A DNA stretch of 64,000 bases from Candidatus Komeilibacteria bacterium (GCA_048538235.1 JBLYPX010000001.1:392013-456012); one strand, 5' to 3'. Positions 1-11,490 are shown, numbered from the stretch's first letter. Translations and numbers: made by a program. Notes: generated from the sequence alone by a model not told the origin.

Positions 1-857
1 AAGAGTGGGATAAAAATGTTAATGTTAATTTAATCTCTGTATCTCCTAATAATTCTAAACTAATCTATACAGAAAATAATGTATACAAACTACTACTAGT
101 AGATAATCCATCAATAGATGAAAATATTACAGGACTATCTAAAATATACTGGCAAGATATAGCTTGGGATTCAACTTCAGATAATATACTTTACTCAACT
201 ATTAATAATAATCTATACCAGATAAATATATCTACTATGCCAGCAACTATTACCAATATTGTATACAATATTGTAGATAGCTTCGCACATAATAATAATG
301 TTTACTGGTTTACCAATAGTAAAGATAATAAACAACTGGTATTGAATAAAGCAGATAAAGATTTTAATAATAAAGAACAACTATTACTTCTTCCTTTAAC
401 TACAGATATTGAATATATATCTTCTGATGGACTTGTTTCACTACTAGATAATGTAAATGATTTTCTTTACCTCATAGATTTAAATAAAGATGAAATAGTA
501 GCTAAAGTATTTCCTAATGTAGTAAATGCAGCCTGGTATAGGGTTAACTATGACAAGATACTATACTGGAATAATAATGAGCTATCTGTCTATTACAGAG
601 ATAAACAAGAGAGTCAGTTAATAACAAGAGTTAGTCAACCAATTGTAAATGCTTGGTGGCATCCAAATGGTACTTATGCTTTTTACCAAACAGATACTAA
701 AGTAAATATTGTTGAATTTGATCCAAGGGATAAAAAAAATAACTATGAAATAGTTAGTTTAGATAATAATGATCTATTTATTGTAAATACTAAGGGTGAT
801 GCAATTATCTATTACTCAGCAGACGATAAAACAATATATAAGCAAGAGATTCAATAA
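1..857 (+). CDS. C-terminal part of a beta-propeller surface protein (PEGA-domain-protein-like); 5' truncated by the window
   Basis: Frame of ORF 237..857 is open back to position 3; repeated W/Y-rich beta-blade motifs (AWWHPNGTYAFY, VEFDPRDKKN) resemble CPR PEGA/WD40-like proteins. Confidence 0.55.
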   Translation, partial: EWDKNVNVNLISVSPNNSKLIYTENNVYKLLLVDNPSIDENITGLSKIYWQDIAWDSTSDNILYSTINNNLYQINISTMPATITNIVYNIVDSFAHNNNVYWFTNSKDNKQLVLNKADKDFNNKEQLLLLPLTTDIEYISSDGLVSLLDNVNDFLYLIDLNKDEIVAKVFPNVVNAAWYRVNYDKILYWNNNELSVYYRDKQESQLITRVSQPIVNAWWHPNGTYAFYQTDTKVNIVEFDPRDKKNNYEIVSLDNNDLFIVNTKGDAIIYYSADDKTIYKQEIQ

Positions 858-1046
858 TTAATCATCTGTTACTACTATTCTAGTAATAAATAATACTAAT
901 ACTAGAATAAAGTGTATATTTAAATAATAGTGGTTACTTATTAAACCAGGTTTAATAAACTCAAATAATAGAAATAAAAACCAAGTAGTAGCTATTACAA
1001 AGAATAGCTCATCAAATATTAATAATTGTCTTTTAGTTAACTTCAT
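858..1046 (-). CDS. small membrane protein (2 TM)
   Basis: 62 aa, two hydrophobic segments, start overlaps the upstream stop. Confidence 0.65.
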   Translation of the reverse strand: MKLTKRQLLIFDELFFVIATTWFLFLLFEFIKPGLISNHYYLNIHFILVLVLFITRIVVTDD

Positions 1047-2395
1047 CTATTTCTCCACCAATATTTAAGATATGCAATAAACTCTGACCATAAACTTTGG
1101 CCAGTTTTTTTATCATAAGTAACCTTTATACTTTCAATGATTAAAGGATTATCTATGGTAGCACCTAATGCACCAATCATAAATCTTAATTTACCATTGC
1201 TAATAGTAGCATTACTCAAGTCAAAAGATATATCATTTACAGACCATTCATTATCTATAATTGGAGTATTATATTTAGCAACTAGAAAATCATAATCTGA
1301 ATCATCTTTAATTCTTTTTACCTTACCTGGAATGCTATCCAATAGATACTCATCATTAAAACTAAACAAACCATCAGAATATATTTGTATACCACCCTTT
1401 GGTATATTTAAATATGTTAATTGATCTAAATCTGTTAAATAATATTTCTTATTAAGCTTATTAATATCTAATTCCTTATCTGCATAATTAATTATTTGTA
1501 AACCTGGATAATCTACAGCCTTAATACGAATAGTACTAGCATTACTCACTAGTGAATAATTATTACTTGCTAAACTTAATTGATTTATAAAATTAATATA
1601 TCTATTAGTACTAATAATACTATTGGTAGTAGCTTTAGTTAGAATATTAACTTTATACAAACCACTAACTAAATTATCTAGTTCTATTAAATAACTACTA
1701 TCCTCTACTTCATCTGTTTGAATTAAATTACCATGACTATCATAAATATTAATATTAACTTTATTTAATTCATTAAAATTAAATTGCATGTCCAAATTAC
1801 TATCTACATACACAAGCATTGTATAATCGCCAACCAAATTTACATTTAATGTTTCTGCTTTCCTGTAATCTGTATAATCTTCAATCTTAAAATCTACATT
1901 GTTTACATTATACTTAGCTATATTATCATTATCTGCTAAACTCTCAATTAATTTATCCTCTGCTACAATTGTTTCATCTTTAGACCAAACAGATATCTCT
2001 TCCATAGATGTTTGATGCCAATTTAAATTATTGAAATCTGTATTATCTAATAACTCTTGTTCATAAGACCAACCATCCCCTGCTTGCAGACCAAGTAATA
2101 CTTCCTGACAACAATCATTTCTATACTTAACTTTAACTTGAACACTATCATATGGAGCTGACATTCTGGTTGTAAAATATACTGGCTCATCAATTATTTG
2201 CCAGCTATTATCTACAATTGTTCTATCTACTGGAAACAATGTGCTAAACTGGGCATTTGTTTTACCTTTATCTATACTAATTGTTTTGTGTCCAGAAAAA
2301 TTAATATCTAGTAGTACAAAAACAAATAACATTGCAATAAATATTATTAAACCACCAAGACGTATTATTAATTTAATTTTTTTATCTGTTAACAT
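1043..2395 (-). CDS. membrane-anchored extracellular hypothetical protein
   Basis: 450 aa, N-terminal TM helix, beta-rich soluble domain, operonic overlap. Confidence 0.7.
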   Translation of the reverse strand: MLTDKKIKLIIRLGGLIIFIAMLFVFVLLDINFSGHKTISIDKGKTNAQFSTLFPVDRTIVDNSWQIIDEPVYFTTRMSAPYDSVQVKVKYRNDCCQEVLLGLQAGDGWSYEQELLDNTDFNNLNWHQTSMEEISVWSKDETIVAEDKLIESLADNDNIAKYNVNNVDFKIEDYTDYRKAETLNVNLVGDYTMLVYVDSNLDMQFNFNELNKVNINIYDSHGNLIQTDEVEDSSYLIELDNLVSGLYKVNILTKATTNSIISTNRYINFINQLSLASNNYSLVSNASTIRIKAVDYPGLQIINYADKELDINKLNKKYYLTDLDQLTYLNIPKGGIQIYSDGLFSFNDEYLLDSIPGKVKRIKDDSDYDFLVAKYNTPIIDNEWSVNDISFDLSNATISNGKLRFMIGALGATIDNPLIIESIKVTYDKKTGQSLWSEFIAYLKYWWRNR

Positions 2396-3998
2396 TTTGA
2401 ATACTATATAGTCTCATATTATTATACATTACATCCAGAGGAATAGCCTCTAAATTAAACTTATTATAATATGTTGTGTTTATATAACTGACAGCAGCCT
2501 CATCATGTTGCCAATCCCATAAGTATACTGGATTGTGCTCAACTAACTCTGCTACCCTTTCATAATCTACATCATAGAACAGATCATAAATAACTGTTCG
2601 TTTAGGAAAGAATACTTTATCGCTCTTTTTGGCAATAATAACAGCATTATCTTCTGTATTTTGAACAACTGTATCTGACATTAACTGGTAATTATTTATT
2701 GTATTTTTAATAGCTAATATTCCTTCTTGTTTATCTTGGTAAACATCTTTGTATGAAAAACCAGCTACCACAATAAGAATAGATATGCATATAAGTGACC
2801 AAGCAAGGGTAGACTTTCTAAATAGCCTACTTATTGGAATAGCAATAAGTGGTAATAATAATATATATATTGGTAACCAATAACGTACAAATGATGTACC
2901 AATGGTAACAGCTTTAGGATTTGGGTTATCGCTAAATTGCCAACTACCATAATATATAACTAGTATACCTGAAATAACAGCCAGTAAGATTAAGAAAGCA
3001 AGTAATCTTAATCTATATTTTTTATTAGACTTATACAGACTAATAAATATTAAAACAAAACCAATAATAGTTAAAATATAGTGCCAATTAAATATATCTC
3101 TAAAATACTGCAATACATGTAATTTAATAACAGCTATATTAAAACCAAAGGGTAATAAATATGGTAGCCAATTAAAATTAGATATATTTACACCAGGAGC
3201 TAATTGATAACCTAAACTAAAAACCTGACCAAATAATATATTATTATAATAAAACATTGGTAACATACCAGCGATTGTAAAAACTGGTGTTAACCAAACA
3301 GATGTCCAATTAATTTTCTTGAAATAATATAGACACAATAAAACAAACAAAGGTAAAACCCATACTATCTCAGCAGCTCTAACCATTAAAGATAAACCTA
3401 CTAAAATACCAGATACTATATACCAAATATTTCTTTCTTTATAGATAGCTTTTAGAAAGAAATATATTCCTATTATTAATAAACTTAAAAATAAAACATT
3501 AGGCATCATACTGCGAGTAGCATAATACCAAAAAGCTGGATGCAAAAGTAAAAGGCTTGCGCTTAAAAAACTAGCTTTTTCCGAGAATAGAAATCTTAAT
3601 GATAAATAGAAAAATATTACAGCCAGAGCTGCAAAAAAAGGTGTTAAGAATGGAATAATACTACTACTACCAAATAGCTTAGCAATCATGCCATAAAACC
3701 ATGGCATCCCCAAAAAACCAGTTGGTACTAAATAATTATCTATTATCCTTAATGATCTTGGCGCTGTTATATCTCCCGCATAAAGTGAAGTATCTGAGAA
3801 CTCTGTGAAGTTACCATTGTTATAAAAAGTATTAGCTGCCCAATAATTAGCAGTCTCATCTGGTGAGTTAAATATAATATTACCACCATTAAAGGTAGCG
3901 TAGGATAAATAACTATAGATACCAAAAAAAACAAGTGCTAGCAAACAAAGCACTGCTAAATAATTATCTAATTGCCTGATTTTACTCAAAGCTTTCAT
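2382..3998 (-). CDS. GT-C fold glycosyltransferase (family 39/ArnT/PMT-like)
   Basis: Multi-TM; SPDE acidic motif in the first loop; RY motif; lies in a glycosylation cluster. Confidence 0.7.
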   Translation of the reverse strand: MKALSKIRQLDNYLAVLCLLALVFFGIYSYLSYATFNGGNIIFNSPDETANYWAANTFYNNGNFTEFSDTSLYAGDITAPRSLRIIDNYLVPTGFLGMPWFYGMIAKLFGSSSIIPFLTPFFAALAVIFFYLSLRFLFSEKASFLSASLLLLHPAFWYYATRSMMPNVLFLSLLIIGIYFFLKAIYKERNIWYIVSGILVGLSLMVRAAEIVWVLPLFVLLCLYYFKKINWTSVWLTPVFTIAGMLPMFYYNNILFGQVFSLGYQLAPGVNISNFNWLPYLLPFGFNIAVIKLHVLQYFRDIFNWHYILTIIGFVLIFISLYKSNKKYRLRLLAFLILLAVISGILVIYYGSWQFSDNPNPKAVTIGTSFVRYWLPIYILLLPLIAIPISRLFRKSTLAWSLICISILIVVAGFSYKDVYQDKQEGILAIKNTINNYQLMSDTVVQNTEDNAVIIAKKSDKVFFPKRTVIYDLFYDVDYERVAELVEHNPVYLWDWQHDEAAVSYINTTYYNKFNLEAIPLDVMYNNMRLYSIQNVNR

Positions 3999-4057
3999 AA
4001 CGGTATTATAGCAGATTATGTCTTATTTTATTAGTCTAAATGTGCTAAAATTATATC
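3999..4057. promoter_or_regulatory. divergent extended -10 promoters, both predicted leaderless
   Basis: Minus strand TGCTATAAT (4005-4013) is 6 nt from ATG 3998; plus strand TGCTAAAAT (4043-4051) is 6 nt from ATG 4058. Confidence 0.6.
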
Positions 4058-6145
4058 ATGAATATTAAGATTGGTTTACAACACTATATTTTAGCAGGAC
4101 TAGTACTTTTAACTTTGTCATTGCTAATTAATTTTATACCTTTAATACAAATTATTATTGGTCTTTTATTGATTGATTTGCTGTCTACAGCTTATGGTCA
4201 AATAATATCTCCGGATGCTGGTATTGTATATAAATGGATTATTGGTTTTATAGCTCTTATCTGTTTATTAATAATCGGTGGTGCTTTATTAATCTATTTA
4301 CTATCTGTTAATACTTTAAGTATAGCTGCTCTGTGGTTATTATTGTTTTTAATACCAATAATTATTTGGCGAAAACAGGATACAATTTTAGAACTTAATA
4401 TTGAAAAATATTCTTTTGATTATAAAAAGATAATTTTACCATTTATCTTTATCATATTATCTGGCTTTGCTTTTTATTTCATAATACAAGGATCAACTAC
4501 TGATGTTATTTATTCTGTTTGGTCAAACATTTCTAATTACCTTGTATATATTTATTTTGCTTTAAGTATTCTTTTGCTGATTCTTATTAATAAAGCCAAG
4601 GGTTCTGTTTGGGGGCTTTATACCGGTATCTTTATTTTTATTTCTACTGCCCTGGGTGCTTTACTATATAAGCTGGGCTTTGGTTTTGACTTTCACATTC
4701 ATACAGCTACAACCACTCACATCTGGGAATATGGCACTATTTCACCTAAACCACTTTACTATATTGGCTATTACTCTTTAATCTTAAACTTTAAATGGTT
4801 ACTTGGTATTTCTTTAACCTTTTTAAATAAATTTCTAGTACCAATAATTTTTGCTGGAGCTATTCCTTCAATAATCTATTACAGTCTTTATACTAGCTTT
4901 GATTTTAGAAAAGTAATCTTTAAATATTTACCTTTAAGTTTACTGTTAATCCCCTATTCATTATTTACATTTTCTACACCACAATCATTAGCTAATGCTT
5001 TATTCATAATCTTAATAGCTTTATCTTTAATCTATTCATTTAAAAAAGATATTAATATTAAAGTATTATGGCTTGCTAGCATTGCTATCTGTTTTATTCA
5101 TCCAATAACTGGCGTACCAGCTTTTCTTTTAACTTTATTTATTAGTTTAAAGGAATGGCGCTTATCTAATTATATTATTGGCAAACAAAGACAGATACTA
5201 TTTGGCTTAATTGTAACCTTGGGTGTATTTGTATTACCTATTTTGTTTTTTATTAACTCTTATCTAAACGGTAATAGTATTAACTGGCAATTGCCCGCTC
5301 TTCATTTAAACTTACCACATTTGAATAACTATATTTCCTTTTTTGACTTTATATATAATTTTACCTGGCTATTACCACTTATTGTTATTATCTTAACCAT
5401 TACCGGCATTATATATATTTACAGAATGAAAAGAATGCCTCAGTTCTTTGAATATGCTTTATTATTATTAATTCTATGTATTAACTATATTTGGCTTAAA
5501 TACTTTATTAACTTTAACTTCCTTATTGACTATGAAAGGCTTAATTATGCAAATAGGTTAAAGGATTTAATCTTTATTTCTGCTTTACCATTTTTATTCA
5601 TTCCTTTAAGTATTTTTATAGATAAAGTATTAAATAGTAGGTTTTTGTATAAAGTATTTACTGTTGTCTTGGTAAGTATAATTTTAACATCAACCTTTTA
5701 CTTATCTTATCCTAGAAGAGATACTTATTCATACAATAAATCATTAAACACTTCTGCTAATGATTTTGCTATTGTTAAAACTATAGATGATTCTACTTCA
5801 GAAGATTATGTAGTACTGGCTAATCAGGCAGTAGCAGCTGCTGCTTTAAACACCTTTGGTTTTTCTAAATACTATAATACAAATATATATTACTACCCTA
5901 TTCCAACCTCTGGGCCTTTGTACCAAATATATTTAGATGCTATATACCAAAGACAAACAATAGATAATATATTAAGCTCTACTTCAGATTTAACTGGAGT
6001 AAATAATATATATTTAGTTGTTAATAATTATTGGACAAATGCTTTAAGCTTAATTGATTCGTATAAAAAAACTGCTACCAATTGGCAACAGTTAAATGAT
6101 GACTATATTTTCTATTATAATTTAGCAGATAATGTATCCCAATAA
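4058..6145 (+). CDS. large polytopic membrane protein, possible GT-C glycosyltransferase
   Basis: 695 aa, many TM helices, GFDFHIH and HPITG motifs, C-terminal soluble domain. Confidence 0.55.
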   Translation: MNIKIGLQHYILAGLVLLTLSLLINFIPLIQIIIGLLLIDLLSTAYGQIISPDAGIVYKWIIGFIALICLLIIGGALLIYLLSVNTLSIAALWLLLFLIPIIIWRKQDTILELNIEKYSFDYKKIILPFIFIILSGFAFYFIIQGSTTDVIYSVWSNISNYLVYIYFALSILLLILINKAKGSVWGLYTGIFIFISTALGALLYKLGFGFDFHIHTATTTHIWEYGTISPKPLYYIGYYSLILNFKWLLGISLTFLNKFLVPIIFAGAIPSIIYYSLYTSFDFRKVIFKYLPLSLLLIPYSLFTFSTPQSLANALFIILIALSLIYSFKKDINIKVLWLASIAICFIHPITGVPAFLLTLFISLKEWRLSNYIIGKQRQILFGLIVTLGVFVLPILFFINSYLNGNSINWQLPALHLNLPHLNNYISFFDFIYNFTWLLPLIVIILTITGIIYIYRMKRMPQFFEYALLLLILCINYIWLKYFINFNFLIDYERLNYANRLKDLIFISALPFLFIPLSIFIDKVLNSRFLYKVFTVVLVSIILTSTFYLSYPRRDTYSYNKSLNTSANDFAIVKTIDDSTSEDYVVLANQAVAAAALNTFGFSKYYNTNIYYYPIPTSGPLYQIYLDAIYQRQTIDNILSSTSDLTGVNNIYLVVNNYWTNALSLIDSYKKTATNWQQLNDDYIFYYNLADNVSQ

Positions 6146-7284
6146 TCTTTAACTGACATACCATAATCTACATTTGCAGATCTGAGCTTATGGCTCAGTT
6201 TTCTATTTGCATAAACTTTTAATTGTTCAACTAGATCATCTACATTACCAGGTTCAAATAAATAATCTCCTTTATGTATATCTAATAATTCTGGTATACC
6301 ACCAATATTTGATCCAATTACAGATACACCTAAAGTCTTTGCTATTCTAATAGCTGTTGGACTATTCTCATAACATAAAGAAGGTACTACAGCTAAATCA
6401 TATTGACTCATAACTTTTGGCCAATCATTAAAGTCTGGCCATTCATATATATTTACATTAGCGTAATCAGAAATTTTATTCTGTAAAGAGCCTCTACCCC
6501 AGACATCTAATAATATTTTATGTTCTGCTCCTTTATTATATTTTTTAACAGCTTCAAGTAATGTAATAATCCCTTTATGTGTTTCAAATTGTCCTGAGAA
6601 CATTATTCTCAACTCACTGCTTTCTTTTCTATCTACTCTTACTAACTCGTTCAAAGGATTAAGTATTTGTATGCACTTACAATTTATAAATAATTTCTTG
6701 TCTTTGTATAGATCTAATAACCACTGAGAAGGACTAATCAGTAAATCTGGCATTGCTACAATCTTTCTTACCAGTCTTACATAAATACTCCTAGCTAATC
6801 TGTATATTATATTTAATCTTTTCTTGTAAATTAATAATCCTGAAGGATCATAATATTGAACATCGTGTATAGTTAACCAAAATGTAGATTTAAATTCACT
6901 AGCTACTTTAGTTAATCCATAGCCTAATCCTTTTAAGTTATGCCCCCAAATTAAGTCCGGCTTTATATCTTCAATTATATCCTTAAATAGTCTACTAGAT
7001 TTAACCGCCTTTACATCATTATAGTGCCAAAAAAGCCTCAAAAATGGTCCTAATTTGCTTAAATCAGCAAAGGAGCGGGAGTTATACCCCCCAAGCCTAA
7101 ATATCTCTATTTTACCTTGTTTCTCTCTTAATATATTTGGCTTATTATATTGCTTAGGATCAGACGTAATAATATATACAGAGTGCCCTTGAGCACTCAA
7201 ATATTCTGCTAATATTTCTACTATTATTTCAGCTCCGCCTCTAGCATATGGTTTGTATAGACTATTAACTAAACAAATCTTCAT
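6115..7284 (-). CDS. glycosyltransferase family 4
   Basis: MKI...GGAE N-terminus; PSLCYENSP and GGIPE motifs. Confidence 0.9.
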   Translation of the reverse strand: MKICLVNSLYKPYARGGAEIIVEILAEYLSAQGHSVYIITSDPKQYNKPNILREKQGKIEIFRLGGYNSRSFADLSKLGPFLRLFWHYNDVKAVKSSRLFKDIIEDIKPDLIWGHNLKGLGYGLTKVASEFKSTFWLTIHDVQYYDPSGLLIYKKRLNIIYRLARSIYVRLVRKIVAMPDLLISPSQWLLDLYKDKKLFINCKCIQILNPLNELVRVDRKESSELRIMFSGQFETHKGIITLLEAVKKYNKGAEHKILLDVWGRGSLQNKISDYANVNIYEWPDFNDWPKVMSQYDLAVVPSLCYENSPTAIRIAKTLGVSVIGSNIGGIPELLDIHKGDYLFEPGNVDDLVEQLKVYANRKLSHKLRSANVDYGMSVKDYWDTLSAKL

Positions 7285-8432
7285 AATGTTTTATATAGCT
7301 TATCTAAATCTCTACCAATAGCTTCCCAGCTATATTTCTTTATTGTTCTTTTGTAACCATAGTCTGCATACTCTTCAACCAGCTCTGGTTGATCAAGTAG
7401 ATAATCTAATTTAGCTCTTAATGATTCAACATCTCCTGGTTCTGCTAACTCACCTGTTTTACCTTCAACTACAACTGATCTAACACCTGGTAAATTAGTA
7501 GCTACTACTGCAGTCCTACAAGCCATAGATTCAACTAGCACTATACCAAAAGCTTCACCCTTGGTAATTGATGGCAATATTGTTAAGTATGAATTACGAT
7601 AGTAGGATAACAAACATTGATCATCACAATTTGTTCTAAAGTTAACTTTATCCTCTAACCTGTATTCATAGGCTAGCTTCTTGTAATGATCTACCATATC
7701 TCCATTACCAATTACATTTAATTGCCAATTAGTTTGCTTACAGTCTTTTAAGCTTTCTAGTAAAACTTCTAAACCTTTAAAGTAATGAGCTTTATCTAAA
7801 GCACCAACAAATAATAGTTTCTTATTCTTATTATTATATTTATTTTTACTTGTATCTTTTGCTGTATAGAAATTTGTATCTACCCCATTTGGTATTTCTA
7901 CCATTTTGTGAGTAGTTCTTCTTAACCACCAAGATGATCTACAATTTAATGCATAATCTTCTGAATGAACAACTACCTTGTCTGCTAACTTTAACATCTG
8001 AGGAAGAATAAAGTATCTATTAAATCTAAATATTAAATCCTTAAGACCATGAGCAAAGTTATCCATATGGTAATGGATAATTAATTTCTTCTTAGGAAAC
8101 AAAAGCCTAGCAAAAAAGATTGAAGTTGCTACGCCATAAAAAGGATAATGTAAATGATAAACATCATACTTTCTTAATCTATAAAAAAGCCAAGGAAGCA
8201 TGGCTGCATTACCAACTTCTAAAAACGGTACAATCCTATGAATCTTTAAACCATCTACTTCTTCTTTACTCTTTAAATCTTGTAAGTATTTATACTTTGG
8301 GGTAATAACTGTTACATCATAGCCATATTTAACAGCTTCTTTAGCATCCTCTAAAGCAACTTTACCCATTCCCCCTCTATATGGTGGAAAAGTACAAACT
8401 AAATGTGCAATTTTTAATTTTTTGTTTACCAT
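7281..8432 (-). CDS. glycosyltransferase family 4
   Basis: PPYRGGM; EAFGIVLVESMAC motif. Confidence 0.92.
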   Translation of the reverse strand: MVNKKLKIAHLVCTFPPYRGGMGKVALEDAKEAVKYGYDVTVITPKYKYLQDLKSKEEVDGLKIHRIVPFLEVGNAAMLPWLFYRLRKYDVYHLHYPFYGVATSIFFARLLFPKKKLIIHYHMDNFAHGLKDLIFRFNRYFILPQMLKLADKVVVHSEDYALNCRSSWWLRRTTHKMVEIPNGVDTNFYTAKDTSKNKYNNKNKKLLFVGALDKAHYFKGLEVLLESLKDCKQTNWQLNVIGNGDMVDHYKKLAYEYRLEDKVNFRTNCDDQCLLSYYRNSYLTILPSITKGEAFGIVLVESMACRTAVVATNLPGVRSVVVEGKTGELAEPGDVESLRAKLDYLLDQPELVEEYADYGYKRTIKKYSWEAIGRDLDKLYKTL

Positions 8433-9475
8433 CTTACAATAGCAGTTAATATTTTAAGATATACCTTGAATATTGGGTTAGCAATATATATTAATAGTGG
8501 ATTATCTAATTGTTGAAAAAGTATTACACCAGTAAATTTTTTTAGCATTTCATGGTCAGAGACCTTTCTTATCTTAGCTTGCTTTCTTCTATGCCTACCA
8601 ATTCTGTGCCAAACATCTGGATTTGTAAAATATATATATGAGGCTATCTTTTTTCCTAAGTATTTATTCTTAGCTGCAAATAATAGTTGCCCAACTTCCA
8701 TAATACATAGTGCTGGGATAAGTAATACAAAGGTTAATGTTTTGTAATTCCTTAATAATGTTAATAATCTATTACGTTCAAAATAATAAACCTGCTTCAT
8801 TGAACGATCAAACTCATACTTATGGTAAACAATACTTGTTGGTTGCATTACACATCTATATCCAGCAATCCAAAGACGCCAACCAATATCTAAATCCTCA
8901 ATATACATAAACATAGCGTCATCAAACAAACCAATCTTCTTTAAAGCTTCAACTCTTAATAATACAGCTGCTCCTGATGGATAATTTATTTCCCTCACCT
9001 TATTATACTGACCAGTATCCTCTACACCACTTCCCTCACCATAACCAAATCCTAAGAAATGTATCCTATTACCAACTGTATTAAATTTACCCTTATCTGA
9101 GTAAAGATAAAGTTTAGACTGTACTGCTCCAATTGTCTTGTCTTGCTCTGCTAGCTCAACCACTTCTTTTAACCAATCAGGAGTTACTTCTGTATCTTGA
9201 TTAAGTAAATAGACATAATCATAACCATTTGCAATAGCATATTCCATACCAATATTATTACCCTCTGCAAAACCAGTATTTCTATCCTGTAATAATAGCT
9301 TAATCTCTGGATAATTATCTTTAGTATATTGAATTGAATTATCTGTAGAATTATTATCTACCATTATTATTTGCCAATCATTTTCTGGATAATCTGTTTT
9401 CTTTAAAGAATTAAAAAGATCTGGCAAATACTTTTGCCCGTTATAGTTTACAATAATAACGGCAACTTTAGGCAT
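8426..9475 (-). CDS. glycosyltransferase family 2 (rhamnosyltransferase-like)
   Basis: IIVNYNG, VDNNSTD, NTGFAEGNN, LLNQD, YIEDLD; start moved to the MPKV ATG. Confidence 0.9.
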   Translation of the reverse strand: MPKVAVIIVNYNGQKYLPDLFNSLKKTDYPENDWQIIMVDNNSTDNSIQYTKDNYPEIKLLLQDRNTGFAEGNNIGMEYAIANGYDYVYLLNQDTEVTPDWLKEVVELAEQDKTIGAVQSKLYLYSDKGKFNTVGNRIHFLGFGYGEGSGVEDTGQYNKVREINYPSGAAVLLRVEALKKIGLFDDAMFMYIEDLDIGWRLWIAGYRCVMQPTSIVYHKYEFDRSMKQVYYFERNRLLTLLRNYKTLTFVLLIPALCIMEVGQLLFAAKNKYLGKKIASYIYFTNPDVWHRIGRHRRKQAKIRKVSDHEMLKKFTGVILFQQLDNPLLIYIANPIFKVYLKILTAIVRW

Positions 9476-9806
9476 CCTTTGTTTTCTCCACTTCTTCAAT
9501 ACCAACTTTTCTAACTACTTTGGTAATATCTGAAGATAATTTATCTATTGTTAAATACATTCTGAATAGCATATAGAACATTACAAGGATGGCAGCATAA
9601 ATAATTAAATCTGCACCTCTACCTATTCCTAAAGCATTAGCTAAATAATTTGTAGATTCTGGATACCAGAATACTATTAGAACAATTAGCCACATAATAC
9701 CCCAAGTAAAAGCTTGTCCTAAAGTTAATTTATTAGCTCTCTTTCTATTTACAATAACAGATAAGGCAATAATTACTAAAATTGTAATAATAATTTGTAA
9801 TAACAT
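9468..9806 (-). CDS. DUF2304 family membrane protein
   Basis: 3 TM, GIGRGADL signature, adjacent to a DPM-synthase-like GT2. Confidence 0.85.
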   Translation of the reverse strand: MLLQIIITILVIIALSVIVNRKRANKLTLGQAFTWGIMWLIVLIVFWYPESTNYLANALGIGRGADLIIYAAILVMFYMLFRMYLTIDKLSSDITKVVRKVGIEEVEKTKDA

Positions 9807-9809
9807 ATA

Positions 9810-10487
9810 TTAATTTAACTTTTTAATAATAAGATCAAACAATATTTTAAAACCAGCAGATAAACCTAAACCAAATTTAGTATAGATAATCTTTACTGGC
9901 ACCTCTTCATATTTTAAAGATAACTTTCTAATCATAGCTGGTATTTCTGTATTATGGGCAAAACCATCAATACTAATATACATTTTCTTAGCTGTCTCAG
10001 CAGTAACTGCTCTAAAACCATTATGTACATCTGTCAGCCAAAGGCCAGTGAATAGAAAATTAATAATCCTAGCTGGTGGTTGTAGAATATATTTTTTTAG
10101 CCAAGGTAAATTAGAATTAACACCCATATGCCTTGAACCCATAGTAATATCTGCTCTGCCAGCAATTAATGGTTCTAGCATTTTATCTATATCCTCTATT
10201 TGCATTTGGCCATCACCATCAAAATGTACAATATATTCAGCGCCCATACTTAAAGCAAACTCATTACCAGTTTGTAAAGCTGCACCCATCCCTCTATTAA
10301 TGAAATGATTCACTAAATAAACACCGCTGTATTGTCTTACAATACTAGCGGTATTATCTGTAGAGCCATCATTAACAACTACTACTGTATAATTATAATC
10401 CTTAAATCTATCTAAGACTGCACCAATATTCTTTGCCTCATTCAATACCGGGATTACAACAAATATTTTATTCAAATTTTGTGTCAT
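9810..10487 (-). CDS. GT2 polyprenol-phosphate glycosyltransferase (DPM1/GtrB-like)
   Basis: IPVLNEA, VNDGSTD, NRGMGAAL, HFDGDGQ, TDVHNGFRA. Confidence 0.9.
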   Translation of the reverse strand: MTQNLNKIFVVIPVLNEAKNIGAVLDRFKDYNYTVVVVNDGSTDNTASIVRQYSGVYLVNHFINRGMGAALQTGNEFALSMGAEYIVHFDGDGQMQIEDIDKMLEPLIAGRADITMGSRHMGVNSNLPWLKKYILQPPARIINFLFTGLWLTDVHNGFRAVTAETAKKMYISIDGFAHNTEIPAMIRKLSLKYEEVPVKIIYTKFGLGLSAGFKILFDLIIKKLN

Positions 10488-11490
10488 TGCCTAATAATCT
10501 TTCATTAGCTCTAGCATACTCAATAGCTTTCTCTAGTCCCATATCTAAATTTGTAACTGGGAACCAACCTAAGTGCTTCTTAGCTTTAGCTATGTCTGGC
10601 TTACCAAGTTCAGTCATAAACATTAATGGCTTTTTGTATACAATCTTAGATTGTGAAGCTGTCATATCTATTATCTTTTGAGCAACTATAGATAATTGAT
10701 AATCTACATCTGAACCAACATTAAATACTTCATTCTTATCTGACTCCATTATTTTCATTAAAGCATCAACTGCATCACCAATATACAATAATGTTGTAGT
10801 GAAATTCTCATCACCATAAATTACTAAATCCTTATTAGATAAAGCATTAACAATAAAGTCTGGTACCATCTGTCCATCATTAAGAAGCATTTTTGGACCA
10901 TATGTTCTAAATATCCTAGCTATCTTAATTGGCAAATTAAAATGATCTCTATAGGTTGTACACATTGTCTCAGCAAACCTCTTACCTTCATCATAGCAAG
11001 CTCTTGGTGATGTAAAATCTACAATCCCCTGATCTGCTTCAACAAACTTATCTACACCTTCTTGTCTTGGTCCATATACAACAGCTGAAGATAAATGAAC
11101 CAACTTAGCTTCATATTCTTTAACAATCTCTAAAATATTTTTTACAGCTAAAGAATTTGCATCCAAAGTATCTATGACCATAGCGTCAAAATTCTTAGCA
11201 GAAGTTGGACATGCTAAATTATATACTTCTTGAACACCTTGCCATTCAATCTTAAAGTCAGCTAATTCTGGTATTGCCTTTAAATCTAAACTTTGAGAGA
11301 TATCGTGTCTAACGAATTTAAAATTTGGATTCTGCATTAGCAGACGTATATTCTCAACTGTACCTGTTGAAAAATTATCTACACAAATAACCTTACTAGT
11401 CTTAACTAATTCTTCACAAAGATGAGAACCTAAAAAACCAGCCCCTCCAAATACTACAATGTTTTTCTTATCAAATATTACTTTTTTCAT
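10468..11490 (-). CDS. NAD-dependent epimerase/dehydratase, UDP-glucuronate decarboxylase-like
   Basis: GGAGFLGSHL, LACPTS, RACYDEGKRFAET (YxxxK). Confidence 0.88.
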   Translation of the reverse strand: MKKVIFDKKNIVVFGGAGFLGSHLCEELVKTSKVICVDNFSTGTVENIRLLMQNPNFKFVRHDISQSLDLKAIPELADFKIEWQGVQEVYNLACPTSAKNFDAMVIDTLDANSLAVKNILEIVKEYEAKLVHLSSAVVYGPRQEGVDKFVEADQGIVDFTSPRACYDEGKRFAETMCTTYRDHFNLPIKIARIFRTYGPKMLLNDGQMVPDFIVNALSNKDLVIYGDENFTTTLLYIGDAVDALMKIMESDKNEVFNVGSDVDYQLSIVAQKIIDMTASQSKIVYKKPLMFMTELGKPDIAKAKKHLGWFPVTNLDMGLEKAIEYARANERLLGNDTKFE